Below are positions 28,727 through 39,600 of a stretch of DNA of 64,000 nt, piece after piece. Location of the stretch: IMG/VR virus record IMGVR_UViG_3300024308_000016, positions 1 through 64,000 of that record. One strand, 5' to 3'. How positions within the stretch are numbered: position 1 is the stretch's first letter; every line of letters begins with the position of its first letter. Under the pieces are notes generated by a model. The model was not told the DNA's origin. It made no database searches and worked only from the letters and a program-made list of their open reading frames with translations. The translations under genes and the position numbers were made by a program.

Positions 28727-30856
28727 ATGAGCAGTGAGTTTCTCTGGGAGCCGGAAGAATACCAACAGCGTATCGATCCGGTCAACCAGTACATCGAGCA
28801 AACGAGCAAATTCTTGAGTGTCATGCGCGGAGGCTCACAAGAAGAGCATGTGGCCTACATCAAACAAAAGCTCCGCACTCGCCAAGCGCACTTCGTCGAT
28901 CCCGAGATGACGTACTATGAGCGCAACGATGACTTCGTCAGAGAGCTCAAGAAAGGCACACTGGGCGGATACTTGGCATCGGCCATCGCCAACAAAGAGG
29001 TGATCGTACCCACACTCACCACGTATATCTCTCCGTATATCCAGCAGTCGCTGGTCAGCGAGTTCATGCGTGAGAACGCGGCAGCTCGGGGGATATTGAA
29101 GAAAGCAGCGCAGTCGGCACAGGCGCAAGGCAAGAAGGACTTGGCATACAACCTGAACATGGACCAGGATAACGCCAAGCGTAACAACAACTCCATGAGC
29201 GGCTCCATGGCAGCCGCTGGCTCGGTGTTCGAGAACCCAACAGGGCACAACACTCTCACATCGATGACTCGATCCATGAGCTCGATCTCCAATGCTCTCA
29301 ATGAGCGCATGATCGGGGGCAACCGCCACTACCTGGACGCCGACACCGCCATCAACAACCTGACAGCGATCATCACTACGATGGATCTGGGTGCTGTTAA
29401 GAGCGCCATACATAAGTATGGCCTAGTGATCCCCACACCTGAGCAAGTGGTCGAGTGCGTCAAACGCTCCACTGACCAATACTGGCGTGACCAGCGCAAG
29501 CTCGAAGACATCCGTCAGTTTGCGGAGTTGATGAGTCCCTGGGAACGGGCGGCCGTCGTCTATACGCAAGACTTGTACCATGTACGGGAGCTCAATCCCG
29601 AGTTCATGCGCCAGTTCATCGACGACTTCTCCATCTCGGATCTGTCCAGACCTATCGACGATCCGCTGGCATATGTGCTCAACACCTCCAAGGTCGAGCC
29701 ACTGGTGTACAACTATGCCCCACAAGTCCATGCTTTGAAACTCAAAGGCTCCGATAAAGACCCCACCAAGTGGAGCCCGGAGAACATCAGCCATGTAGCG
29801 TACTCATGCAGGGCTGTGATCGAAGCTGTGCAAAAGTACAAAGAGTTCATCCGCGCATTCCTGGTGGTGCATACGCTGCCTCCGTCGACTGCGTATATCG
29901 ACTCCATGGCCCGCAAGTCTGTGGTGCTGTCAGATACTGACTCTACCATGTTCTCGGTCGACGAGTGGGTGATTTGGTACTTTGGCAAGCTCACATTCGA
30001 AGAACGCGCTTTCGGGGTCGCAGGCGCTGTGATGTTCGTGGCTACACAGCTCATCGCTCACGCCATGGCTATCCTGTCAGCCAACATGAACGTGCACCGC
30101 GACAAGCTGTTTGTGCTGTCGATGAAGCCGGAGTTCATGTTCCCAGTATTTGCCCAGACCCCGGTGGCTAAGCACTATTTCTGTTCGGTCTTCATCAAGG
30201 AAGGTCACGTCTACGGGGAAAACGAGTATGAAATCAAGGGCGTCCACTTGAAGAGTTCCGCATCTCCGGCCTCTATCGTGCTACCTGCGCAAGACAACAT
30301 GATCCGTATCTTAGATACCATTCAAGAGGGCAAGCTGATCAGTCTGTATGACCAGGTCTCGGAAGTGGCCAACTTGGAACGCAAGATTCAGCACTCGCTG
30401 ATTTCCGGAGAGCCGGAGTACTACAAGTCGTTGTTCATCAAAGCCGCCTCTTCCTATACTCAAGACGCCACCAAGAGCAATTATCGGTTCTATGACCTGT
30501 GGATGGAAGTGTTTGCACCCAGCTACCACAAAGTGGAGCCTCCTCCGTATACCGTGATCAAGATCCCTCTGACCACTCGCACCCGGGCAAAGACTGCCGC
30601 ATGGATCGCAGGTATGGAGAACCGCCAACTCGCTGACCGCCTGACTCGGTGGCTCGCGGCAGGCGGACGCGACAAGCTGCCCACGATGTACATCTCCAGT
30701 AGCTACGTGGAGAGCTACGGGATGCCCAAGGAGATCGAGCAGGTGATCGACACCCGCAAGATCATCTTGGACTTGACCGTGATCAACCGGATGACCCTGG
30801 AAACTCTGGGATATCGTCCAAAGTTGACCACTCTTATTTCTGAAATGGACTATTGA
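28727..30856 (+). CDS. Family-B DNA polymerase subunit (phiKZ gp50-like)
   Basis: QDNAKRNNNSMSG (motif B-like), VLSDTDSTMF (motif C), KHY and EIKGVHLK; synteny upstream of chimallin. Confidence 0.88.
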   Translation: MSSEFLWEPEEYQQRIDPVNQYIEQTSKFLSVMRGGSQEEHVAYIKQKLRTRQAHFVDPEMTYYERNDDFVRELKKGTLGGYLASAIANKEVIVPTLTTYISPYIQQSLVSEFMRENAAARGILKKAAQSAQAQGKKDLAYNLNMDQDNAKRNNNSMSGSMAAAGSVFENPTGHNTLTSMTRSMSSISNALNERMIGGNRHYLDADTAINNLTAIITTMDLGAVKSAIHKYGLVIPTPEQVVECVKRSTDQYWRDQRKLEDIRQFAELMSPWERAAVVYTQDLYHVRELNPEFMRQFIDDFSISDLSRPIDDPLAYVLNTSKVEPLVYNYAPQVHALKLKGSDKDPTKWSPENISHVAYSCRAVIEAVQKYKEFIRAFLVVHTLPPSTAYIDSMARKSVVLSDTDSTMFSVDEWVIWYFGKLTFEERAFGVAGAVMFVATQLIAHAMAILSANMNVHRDKLFVLSMKPEFMFPVFAQTPVAKHYFCSVFIKEGHVYGENEYEIKGVHLKSSASPASIVLPAQDNMIRILDTIQEGKLISLYDQVSEVANLERKIQHSLISGEPEYYKSLFIKAASSYTQDATKSNYRFYDLWMEVFAPSYHKVEPPPYTVIKIPLTTRTRAKTAAWIAGMENRQLADRLTRWLAAGGRDKLPTMYISSSYVESYGMPKEIEQVIDTRKIILDLTVINRMTLETLGYRPKLTTLISEMDY

Positions 30857-31260
30857 AGGAGACTTCTCATGAAAGATGTGCGCCCCATGGCCACGGACCT
30901 GAACCCCATCCGCCTGATCGGCGGCGGCTCCAGTGACATGGTGATGATGTAACTGGAGCCCTCCTGGTAGAGAAACGACAAGTTATCTCTATCAAATGCC
31001 TGGTAGCCACCAGGGAGCCGCCTCGCCTCGCCTCATACGTCCGCACGCGGGCCATGAGAGCAGCGGGCCGGTTGACGGTATGGCGGCGGCGGGTGTATCA
31101 CATCGCGCCGCCGCCAGCTGTCTTACACCCTAGACCATTCTTCGATCAACAACCTATGGAGATTCCATCATGTACGCGGGCGCCTAAGGTCTGAAGACCT
31201 AATCATAAATCTGACTGCATCCCGTTTTGACGGGACTAAACTGTTCACTGCGAACATACA

Positions 31261-31290
31261 CCCCTCCCCGGCTTAGCGCCTGGGGAGGGG
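31261..31290. terminator. Hairpin between convergent transcription units
   Basis: cccctcccc ... ggggagggg inverted repeat. Confidence 0.6.
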
Positions 31291-31315
31291 TATCTATGGT
31301 GTGGTAAGTCTGACT

Positions 31316-32131
31316 TTACAGCCCGATAGGGACCTGCATCTTCAGGAAGCGGTAATATCTACTGCGTTGGTTCATAAATGCGACCTTCGCCCATGTCTCC
31401 CGCAGGAAGGTGCGATAGTTCGTCTCCGAGTCCGCATAGCCGTCTACGATCTCCTTGAAGATGCCCAGAGCCGAGCCACCCTCGATCTCAGCGCGCCCCA
31501 TGTTGATCACCAGACGGTTGTAGATGTAGCTCTTGATGGCGTGCTCGCACAAAGTGCTGAAGTACTCGTAGCTGCGAGGATCGATGGCGTTCATGAAGTT
31601 CTCATCGGTCACGTAGCAGCTGAGCCAGTACGAGGTGTTGAACCGCTGCGCATCCTCGATCATGACTATGTTCGTGCCGATCAGTTCGACCTTCGCAGTC
31701 GCGACGTTGGGGACAGCGGAGGACGCTTCCACAGCTTGCTGAGCTGCAGTCATCGTGTCTTGGGAGAACAAAGGCCCCACACCACCGTAGGCATAGCCAA
31801 ACGAACCAATGCCGCCAGCGTAGGGAGTGTACGACACACCCAGCACTGTCAGTATGGTTTTGTTTTGCAGCAGACTCGACGGGATCTCGTAGACGCAGCG
31901 ATAGTCCTCTACGTAGATCGGAGTCAGGGTGTTCAAGCGCACTTGCATGTGTTCGCCCATGGCGATCTGAGCGTCGATCACCACGCGCTTTTTGATCACC
32001 TTCGTCAGGATCTGGTTCTCCAAGCTGTCGGCTCGTACCCGATAGCCGTTGTCCAGCATGAACGCCTTTTGCAAGACGTCGCGCGGGATAACGAACATGG
32101 CGTCCTGGATCGCCTTAACAAGAATGTTCAT
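31316..32131 (-). CDS. Conserved jumbo-phage protein (phiKZ gp52-like by synteny)
   Basis: 271-aa ORF on the minus strand between DNA polymerase and chimallin; gaaag RBS. Confidence 0.7.
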   Translation of the reverse strand: MNILVKAIQDAMFVIPRDVLQKAFMLDNGYRVRADSLENQILTKVIKKRVVIDAQIAMGEHMQVRLNTLTPIYVEDYRCVYEIPSSLLQNKTILTVLGVSYTPYAGGIGSFGYAYGGVGPLFSQDTMTAAQQAVEASSAVPNVATAKVELIGTNIVMIEDAQRFNTSYWLSCYVTDENFMNAIDPRSYEYFSTLCEHAIKSYIYNRLVINMGRAEIEGGSALGIFKEIVDGYADSETNYRTFLRETWAKVAFMNQRSRYYRFLKMQVPIGL

Positions 32132-32154
32132 AATCTTTCACTCCTTATACTAAC

Positions 32155-32709
32155 ATGAATCTCGAAAACCTCAAGAAAGCTATCCAAGCAGAATATGGTC
32201 ACCACAATTTGGTGTACAGCAAACAAGGTGTGCTCGATGTGCTTGCCAAAAAGCGGGTACTCGATGAAAAGCTCGAAGGCGGCTTTTCCAACGATTTCAT
32301 AGGATCACAGCTGGGCCGGATGATGGACATCGACGCGATGTGGAGGAAGGCCACGAGCTCTCCTATGGCGATCTCAGGCTCGTTCAGTCAGCCCAGCTCC
32401 TCCAAGCCCGTCGTCAAGTGGGGCTCGGTCACTGAAGGTCTGGGCCAAAGCCCGGCGTTGCAGTTCATCATGAGGAACGCCGCTCGACCCAAACTGCAGA
32501 TGTCGGTGCCTGTGAAGATGATGATGGCCTACTACTGCAAAGAGCTGCAGGGCTTGAACTATGGTTGCTTCACTGTGTCGGACAACCTGCACACTGCGCT
32601 TCGGGATATGAGCGAGTCGGGCCAGGAGTTCAACGATGTCCATGGCGTCAGTCCTATCACTATCTATGTTTGCGCTTGGACTGACCTGGTCCCGTCTATA
32701 GCACACTGA
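32155..32709 (+). CDS. Hypothetical protein
   Basis: 184-aa ORF converging on hairpin at 32712-32746. Confidence 0.65.
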   Translation: MNLENLKKAIQAEYGHHNLVYSKQGVLDVLAKKRVLDEKLEGGFSNDFIGSQLGRMMDIDAMWRKATSSPMAISGSFSQPSSSKPVVKWGSVTEGLGQSPALQFIMRNAARPKLQMSVPVKMMMAYYCKELQGLNYGCFTVSDNLHTALRDMSESGQEFNDVHGVSPITIYVCAWTDLVPSIAH

Positions 32710-32745
32710 TCCACCTAGGCGGCCCTTGCGGGCTGCCTAGGCGGG

Positions 32746-33828
32746 TCACAGTCGCTGTATGCGATCGATGGAGTTTTGGACGTAGGAGGCGATGTCCTCG
32801 CCCATCACGTCGTAGGGGATGCGGGAGATAGTCAGCTCCCGTGTCCGCTTCTTGATCTCGTTGATATAGCCGCGGTTGGTGTTGATCCCATTCTTGCCCC
32901 CGATGTCGATGAGGAACATGATGGTCTTCAACCTGGCTACCAACACCGCCCACTGCACCTGGGTCGTGGGGACCATGTCGGGCATCACGAGAGCGGACAA
33001 GCCACTGGCTGCAAAAAACGAGGGCAAGTGTTGCAGCATATGCGCATATTGCATCTTGGCGCCATCGATACGCTCCAGGGCGTACTTGGCCACCTTCTCG
33101 AACTCCAGCGCATAGCTGGACAGGTAGATAGACGTGGCTACCCTCTTTTTTTGTTCGAAATCACCATAGTACAGCGCCTGAGTGGCCGAGACTGCAGTGA
33201 TGTCGGCTTGGCTCTTGAGCATCGAGGGCAGCGCATACATCCCGATAAAGTTCTCCTCCCCGATCACCATGGCGTTGATGTTCTCCGCCATGACCTTTTT
33301 GCGATGCTCCAGAAATCCACGGTACATCAGCACGAGTCTGGGGATGTCAACTACCACAGATGCGAAGTCTGTGAAGTCCCCATCTTGGGAAGGCACACTC
33401 ATATCCATGTATGGCCGGTCAATCCACAAGGCCCGTACAGGTTCGAGCTGCCTCCAGTGCTCCAGTCCCCAGTACACGGAGACATACTCGGGCACTGTGA
33501 GGATCATGGACGACTGACTGTTGTAGATGCGGTGCTTTTTGAAGGTGCCTCGATTGACTTCGGAGGTAAAGCCCAGGTTACGGGAAACATAAGGAGCCCT
33601 TACCCAGGAGTTATCGTAGACATCGAAATCATCGATGCGAGCGTTGGCCCCGATGAGTTTGAGCAGCTGAGCCAGCGGATGATCGGCAAACACGGCTCGA
33701 GCAGCCGATGCATAGTACTCTTGCTGGCGGGCGATGTTCTCCTGCACTCGGGTGCGCAGCCACGGCAGCTGGGGATGTTGTGAAATTTGACCGCGGCTTT
33801 GGTATGTGTTGGAGAATAGTGCAAGCAT
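32746..33828 (-). CDS. Conserved jumbo-phage protein (phiKZ gp53-like by synteny)
   Basis: 360-aa ORF divergent from chimallin. Confidence 0.7.
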   Translation of the reverse strand: MLALFSNTYQSRGQISQHPQLPWLRTRVQENIARQQEYYASAARAVFADHPLAQLLKLIGANARIDDFDVYDNSWVRAPYVSRNLGFTSEVNRGTFKKHRIYNSQSSMILTVPEYVSVYWGLEHWRQLEPVRALWIDRPYMDMSVPSQDGDFTDFASVVVDIPRLVLMYRGFLEHRKKVMAENINAMVIGEENFIGMYALPSMLKSQADITAVSATQALYYGDFEQKKRVATSIYLSSYALEFEKVAKYALERIDGAKMQYAHMLQHLPSFFAASGLSALVMPDMVPTTQVQWAVLVARLKTIMFLIDIGGKNGINTNRGYINEIKKRTRELTISRIPYDVMGEDIASYVQNSIDRIQRL

Positions 33829-33989
33829 GTCGGTTTAAGGGGGAGATTGAGGGAAAGCCATACTATCGAAGGATGAGCCTTTCCCTCGTACAAAAGCAGT
33901 GCAGATGTTTTTGTATATAAGGTGGTGAAACACCAACGCAGCCTTCGGGCTGCATAGGGACCATGTTTCGCTAGTGCGAGAAAGCCCCC

Positions 33990-34027
33990 TTTGTAAACTA
34001 ATGTGGCCACTTAAACTCTACTTGAGG
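33990..34027 (+). promoter_or_regulatory. Phage bipartite promoter motif, copy 6 (upstream of chimallin)
   Basis: tttgta at 33990, cacttaaactctacttgagg at 34008. Confidence 0.8.
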
Positions 34028-34114
34028 ATAGAGTCACATCTTTTCTCGCTCACAACAATAGCTTAGTATTCTAGGCACAGTCAGAAACCCTCTTCTCGTA
34101 AAACGGAAACACCT

Positions 34115-36073
34115 ATGTCTGAAAAGTTCAACTTCAACGCCCGCGCTGGCCAAGCTCAAGCCGAGGAAGTGGAAGACGTGCAACCGCGTCAACCCTCCGC
34201 AGCTTCGGGTGGCCGTGCCGAAGAAGTGCGTCGCGTCTCCAGCCCCTTCAAGACCCTGGCTCAAGGCTCTCGCCTGGTGGGTCAGCGCATCGCCGAAAAC
34301 GCCGGCTCCGACAAGTTCAATGCCCTGCTCAAGAACGTGCAGGAAGTGTTCAAGGAAGCCGATGCGGCCAAGGACGAATTCGTGATCCTGCCCATGCCCA
34401 AGGAAGTGACCCGCATGCACTTCTCGGCCATCGTGCTGGCGCGTCGTCCCGAAGTGCCCGTGGTCGAAGGCTGGTCGGTCAACCACCTGGTCGTGGCCCA
34501 GGTCCTGATGGTGGAAGCCACCGGCGACAACCCGCGCCCCTACAACGACGACTCGGTGCGCAACCGCAACTTCCAGATCACGCCCACGTCCGAAGACGTG
34601 TACAACGAGATCTTCCAGAACGCCGCTCGCAAGGTTGTCACCGATGCCCTGCGCACCCAAGTGGCCGTCAACCTGATGGACTGCGTGATCGTGCGCCGCG
34701 ACTTCGATGTCACCAACATCAACGACGTGCGCCGCCTGATCTCGGCCGCCACCACCGGCATCACCACCCGCGCCATGCAGCGTCACCCGGACTTCACCGA
34801 CTGGAACCTGTCGGGCTGGACCGACGGCATCCGCGACATCCAGCTGCCCGTGAGCATCGAGTCGACCACGACCGAAGTGCAAACGACTGCCAACGGCGAT
34901 GTCGTGCATGCGGACATGGTCATCACCGTGGGCGTGGAAAGCCGTCAGCGTGATCGCACTCCGCGTTTCAACGACGACATCAGCTCCGAGCCCGTGTGCG
35001 AAACCTCGGTGAACATCGAGCTGGTTCCCGTGAACCCGGACTTCCTGGACGATGCCGACATCAACCGCGGCCGTCGCCGTCGCCGTGACCAGGACTTCGT
35101 TCCCCAAGCGGCCTGGATGCCTCGCGCCAACATCGTGAATATCGAACAAATGCAGGCCCGCACCCTGGCCGGCATCCTGTTCTCCATCGCTTCGGTGTCC
35201 GAGCTCAACCGTGACCGCCAGTGGGCGTCGCTGTTCCGTCCCCGTCGTGGTGCCGGCCGCAAGGACGTGAACTTCTACGACATCGGCGCGCTGAACATCC
35301 ACGCAAACGTGGCCGACGAAAAGGGCGACTTCGGTCAGCCCATCGACACCACGATCCCCGAGTTCGGGGACGAAGAGTTCAGCATCTTCCTGGACCGCAC
35401 GCTGACGCAGCAGATGGCCATCGGCATCGACTGCCCGGACACCGGCCTGCAGGCGTTCTACACGGCATCGTTCGCGGCCATCGCCACCGGCGACAACAAG
35501 GTGCGCCAGCGCGCGACCATGGACGTGTTCGACGCAGCCATGGATCTGACCAACGGCGCCGTCGAGATGTTCTTCGATCCCACCAAGGATCAGATCATCG
35601 AAGGCCCCGGCGAGCGCTTCCACATGGGCTACTGGACCGACGCCAACGGCCAACGCCGTGACATCCGTCAGCTGGCATCGTTCCTGCCCGTGGCCAACAT
35701 GGTCGCATCCAACGGCTCCAACATGCGTCTGCTCGACGACTGGCTGGACACCTGGTTCGGCAGCCAGGACGAGAACTACCGCCTGGCCGAGCGCCTGAAG
35801 CTGCTCAACGCCATCTGCGACGATTCGCTCGTTGTCACTGGCATGGGCATCCGTCCTACCGTGACCGGCCACTTCGCCGACGCACTGGCCAAGGGCATCC
35901 GCGAAACCAACGTGCCTCTGGTGCCTCGTAACGGCGACCACAACACGGTGCTCCAACAGCGCCGCGTGGTGGCCGGCTACGGCACAGGCGCGCTGCTGCG
36001 CACCACCGGCGTGAGCCGCTCGCTGGAGCGCCGCGGTGGTGACGGCCGTCGCTACCGCCGCAGCTACAACTGA
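34115..36073 (+). CDS. chmA: Chimallin, phage nuclear shell protein
   Basis: 652 aa; directly upstream of nvRNAP beta' and downstream of DNA polymerase and gp52/53-like genes; strongly biased codons; DIGALNI and GYWTDANGQRRDIR segments; own promoter and terminator. Confidence 0.85.
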   Translation: MSEKFNFNARAGQAQAEEVEDVQPRQPSAASGGRAEEVRRVSSPFKTLAQGSRLVGQRIAENAGSDKFNALLKNVQEVFKEADAAKDEFVILPMPKEVTRMHFSAIVLARRPEVPVVEGWSVNHLVVAQVLMVEATGDNPRPYNDDSVRNRNFQITPTSEDVYNEIFQNAARKVVTDALRTQVAVNLMDCVIVRRDFDVTNINDVRRLISAATTGITTRAMQRHPDFTDWNLSGWTDGIRDIQLPVSIESTTTEVQTTANGDVVHADMVITVGVESRQRDRTPRFNDDISSEPVCETSVNIELVPVNPDFLDDADINRGRRRRRDQDFVPQAAWMPRANIVNIEQMQARTLAGILFSIASVSELNRDRQWASLFRPRRGAGRKDVNFYDIGALNIHANVADEKGDFGQPIDTTIPEFGDEEFSIFLDRTLTQQMAIGIDCPDTGLQAFYTASFAAIATGDNKVRQRATMDVFDAAMDLTNGAVEMFFDPTKDQIIEGPGERFHMGYWTDANGQRRDIRQLASFLPVANMVASNGSNMRLLDDWLDTWFGSQDENYRLAERLKLLNAICDDSLVVTGMGIRPTVTGHFADALAKGIRETNVPLVPRNGDHNTVLQQRRVVAGYGTGALLRTTGVSRSLERRGGDGRRYRRSYN

Positions 36074-36109
36074 TCGACTAGATCGGAAGTAGTTCCATCG
36101 ACATGAACT

Positions 36110-36155
36110 TATCTACCTCCTCCCGGGAAACCGGGAGGAGGTAGGTAGGTTTTAT
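36110..36155 (+). terminator. Terminator after chimallin
   Basis: tatctacctcctccc-gggaaacc-gggaggaggtaggta inverted repeat. Confidence 0.75.
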
Positions 36156-36203
36156 GTTCGACCCCTAAAAAGTAAGATTGCCTGCATCCCTAGAGTTTCT
36201 CAT

Positions 36204-36398
36204 ATGACTATCGCACAGACTGAGTACAAAGCTGTTGTCCAATCTCCCCGAGGAGTCTTCATCTATGACTCCGAAGGCAAACCCTTCAGACAGTTCCTTG
36301 AGTTCATCAAGCAGCTGCACTTCTTCGATGTCCGCCCGATCATTCGTATCCACGGCGTGCATGCCCAAACAGCTCTGGCTGTGCCTATAGTTCTGTGA
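36204..36398 (+). CDS. Small hypothetical protein
   Basis: 64-aa ORF flanked by terminators. Confidence 0.5.
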   Translation: MTIAQTEYKAVVQSPRGVFIYDSEGKPFRQFLEFIKQLHFFDVRPIIRIHGVHAQTALAVPIVL

Positions 36399-36530
36399 CG
36401 CGGAACTTTCGGGAGTCTAGGAAAGACGCAGAGGAGCCGCTGGGCTCCTTTTCCTAGACTCTCTTTTTTTGTCTGCAATAAGATATGCAAACAAAACACA
36501 CCAGCTCTATAAACTGATCCCGCGATACCG

Positions 36531-36566
36531 TTTGTAGGTGGCATCGATCACTTACACCTTACTTGG
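36531..36566 (+). promoter_or_regulatory. Phage bipartite promoter motif, copy 7 (upstream of nvRNAP subunit)
   Basis: tttgta at 36531, cacttacaccttacttgg at 36549. Confidence 0.75.
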
Positions 36567-36616
36567 ACATGAGGAGAGATCCTCAAATATGTCCGCCATT
36601 ATTGAAAGGAGCCAAC

Positions 36617-39600
36617 TTGCCAATTGTTCTGGAAGTAGAAGACCACGATCGGATGTTTGCGCAAACTATCGAGCGCGTGGAGCCTATCTTTCTCAACGAC
36701 CTTGCCAACAGCACGGAAGAAGACAAAGAACGCATCCGCGCGCTGACGATGAACCAGCTCAATTCCGACACCATCTCGATCATTCCCAGATGCGGCTGCG
36801 GCCACACCAAAGGACGATTCGCCCTGGGCAAGCAATGCCCCGTGTGCCAAGATGTGGTCAAGAGCAACATCGACGAGTCAGTCACCAGCTTGCTGTGGTT
36901 CCGTAAACCGGAATTCGTGCACAAGCTCGTGAACCCGGCTGTGTGGTCGATGCTCAGCTCCTACTTCTCCAAAAGCAATTTCAACGCGATACAATACCTC
37001 ACCGACAACTTGTATACGGCGGGCACTCGTACACCTCCGGAGATCGAAAAGCTCTCCGAGTACGGCTTCGAGCGTGACTTGAACTTCTTCACCCGCAACT
37101 TCGACGACGTCTTAGGCGGGCTGATGAGCGCGTTCAAGCAAAAGGCCAACAAGCCTTATCGAGAGCTCATCGATTTCCTGGACGACAACAGGAGCCGTAT
37201 CTTCAGTGACCAACAACCCGTGCTCAACCGCGCGATGTTCGTTGCTGACAAGACCAACTTGGGCATCTACATGGAGAACTCCGTCAAAGATGCCCTTGAC
37301 GCGTACTACCACGTCGTCTCCATCGACAAAGACTTCCATGACAGAAGCGAGAAGGTGATCGTCAATCGCACTGCACGCATGCAGGCGCGTATGGCGGCGT
37401 TCTTCGACAGCTACACTGGCACCAACATGCAGCCCAAACCCGGGCATGCACGGCGCCACGTCTATGGATCTCGTGTCATCTTCTCTGCGCGAGGCGTGAT
37501 CAGCTCCACCACTGACCACCATCGCCATGATGAGATCGGAGTACCCTGGTGTATTGCGGTGCCGATGTTCCAGCACCACCTCGTCGGCATGCTCATGCGT
37601 CACGGCTTCACCTACAACGGTGCGCTGGGCTATGTGTATAGGCATGTGCACATCTACGATGAGCTGCTGCATCGCTTCTTGGACCAAATCTTCAGGGAGT
37701 ACCCGGGTGGCCGAGGACCATCGATGCTCCTCCATCGAAACGATTAGTAAACTATGAAATAGCATTCCTAATTAAGTGGACCAACTTAGTGAGGAAGCTA
37801 TGCCAATTCCAGCATTTACAAAAGAGTACAAACATCTCGGGAAGATTTACCGAGCTGTTCCCGGTTATCGACGACTGATAGTCTCTGAAGACGGAGAGTT
37901 TTATCGTCTTGGTGAAGACGGGAATCCTGCAAAGAGATGCCCGCAGTTCAAGATGCACAACACCCGCACTGAGCGAAGATCAGACACTACGTACTATTGG
38001 ACAGTACGAGAGATCGCGGATAATGGTGGCGTCAAAACCACCGGTGCTCACATCTTGGTGTGCAGAGCGTGGAATGGAATGCCCCCGGATGACGGGATCA
38101 AGTACGACGTTAACCACAAAAATAGCATCAAGACGGATAACAGGGCTGAAAACCTTGAATGGTCGACACGCTCGCAGAACATTGCTCACTGTTTCGATAG
38201 TGGGGAGAACTGCGCTGCCGTCCGGATCATCCAGCGAAACATAGAGACGGGGGAAGAGAAAATCTTCCGAAGTATCAAGAACTTCGCTGAGACCATGGGA
38301 CTATTTCGCGTGAATGTTCGCAGTTTCATCGCTGCGCATTCTAAGGAGCCTCATAACGGCTTCATCTACTCCATTGAGGAGCCGCGAAACTTCCGCATAA
38401 AGCCTGTACGTTATCAGACGAAAGAAGTGGCCTACTTCGATTATACGTCGCGAAAGCTCACAATCTGCTCCAGTATAGAGCATGCTAGTCTAGAGACAGG
38501 CATAAAGAGTGCGACCATCAAGCACGCGTGTAACCGCTTTGCTAACGATGGTGTCGCTGAGCCGACGCGTCAGTTCTTCTTCCAGTTTTTCAAACCTGGG
38601 ATGGAGTGGCCAGAATTCACTGCTGAGGAATTGGAGAAGTTCGAAAAGCGGTTCTTGAATTTTTCAAGAGCTGCAAGCGGACCTCGAAAACATAGTTCAG
38701 AATCATTTCCCTCTACAGAAATGTAGTTGTATCCCGGAACACCGGGAGTAAGTTCTTGAATTGCGGGAACATCTCGTAAGGTCCCCACTACCAAGCCAGT
38801 GTAGTAATGCGCTGGTGGCCTGGGTAACTACCAGGGTACGGTAACAAGGTGGGGAATAGAGACAATCCGCAGCGAAGCATCCGGAAACGGATGAACGTTC
38901 GACGGTCATCGAAAGGGGAAGGAAGTCGGGTAAGACTCCTGAGACCGAGTAGAGTAGGGCCCAAGTGGGTGCAGTAGCAAACTGCCGTAAGCCGAAGCGG
39001 GAACAGTCTGACCACTGAAAGGTGAAGACTAAGATATGACCTGTGCCACGCAGCTGAGTGATCGGCTGGTTTCCGAGAGGCGTGGAGGGTGTCGATGCAC
39101 ACCTGGACTTGCTAACGACAAGTTTGGACAAACAGCCCACTTTAATGCAGGGGTCGATGCAGCGAGTCTTCGGGAAACTGAAGACGGACCCTAGAGATAA
39201 GACTATCTCCATGTCGATCTTGATCGTCGTAGCTCCCAACGCTAAATTGGCCTATACGTCAGAAATGGCGTAGTGAATCTTACTGAATTGCTGGAACCCC
39301 CTAAGAGCCCCACTACCACTGCGAGCGGTAACGCAAAGCGACGGTTTGACAAGTGTGAGGATTGGACAACCAGCAGCGAAGCCTCCTTACGGGTGGAGGA
39401 ACGTTCAACGACTATGGCTGAGATGCCAGTACACTCAAGTGAGTGGAAGTAGTAAGCACCTTACCGGATAGAGCCGAAGGTGAAGATATAGTCTGACCTT
39501 TAGGGAAAGCCTAAAGACGCGCGTAATGGCGCTAGATAGTACTAACGACACTATCTGAACGCCCGTCGATTTCGATGGTCGATGGCCATCATTAAACTCT

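Noticed and set aside
31130-31200. tmRNA-like tag (YAGA-stop)
   Set aside because: No tRNA-like acceptor or T-arm domain found, and the match to ssrA tags is weak
34034-35956. 640-aa antisense ORF opposite chimallin (likewise 11390-12586, 23542-24609, 31301-32158, 32776-33783)
   Set aside because: Shadow ORFs caused by strong C/G third-position codon bias of the real gene
36563-37747. Reading the RNAP gene as a truncated pseudogene, or as stop-codon readthrough or an intein
   Set aside because: Downstream exons and three group I cores restore the conserved motifs; the inserts are non-coding apart from a separate HNH ORF
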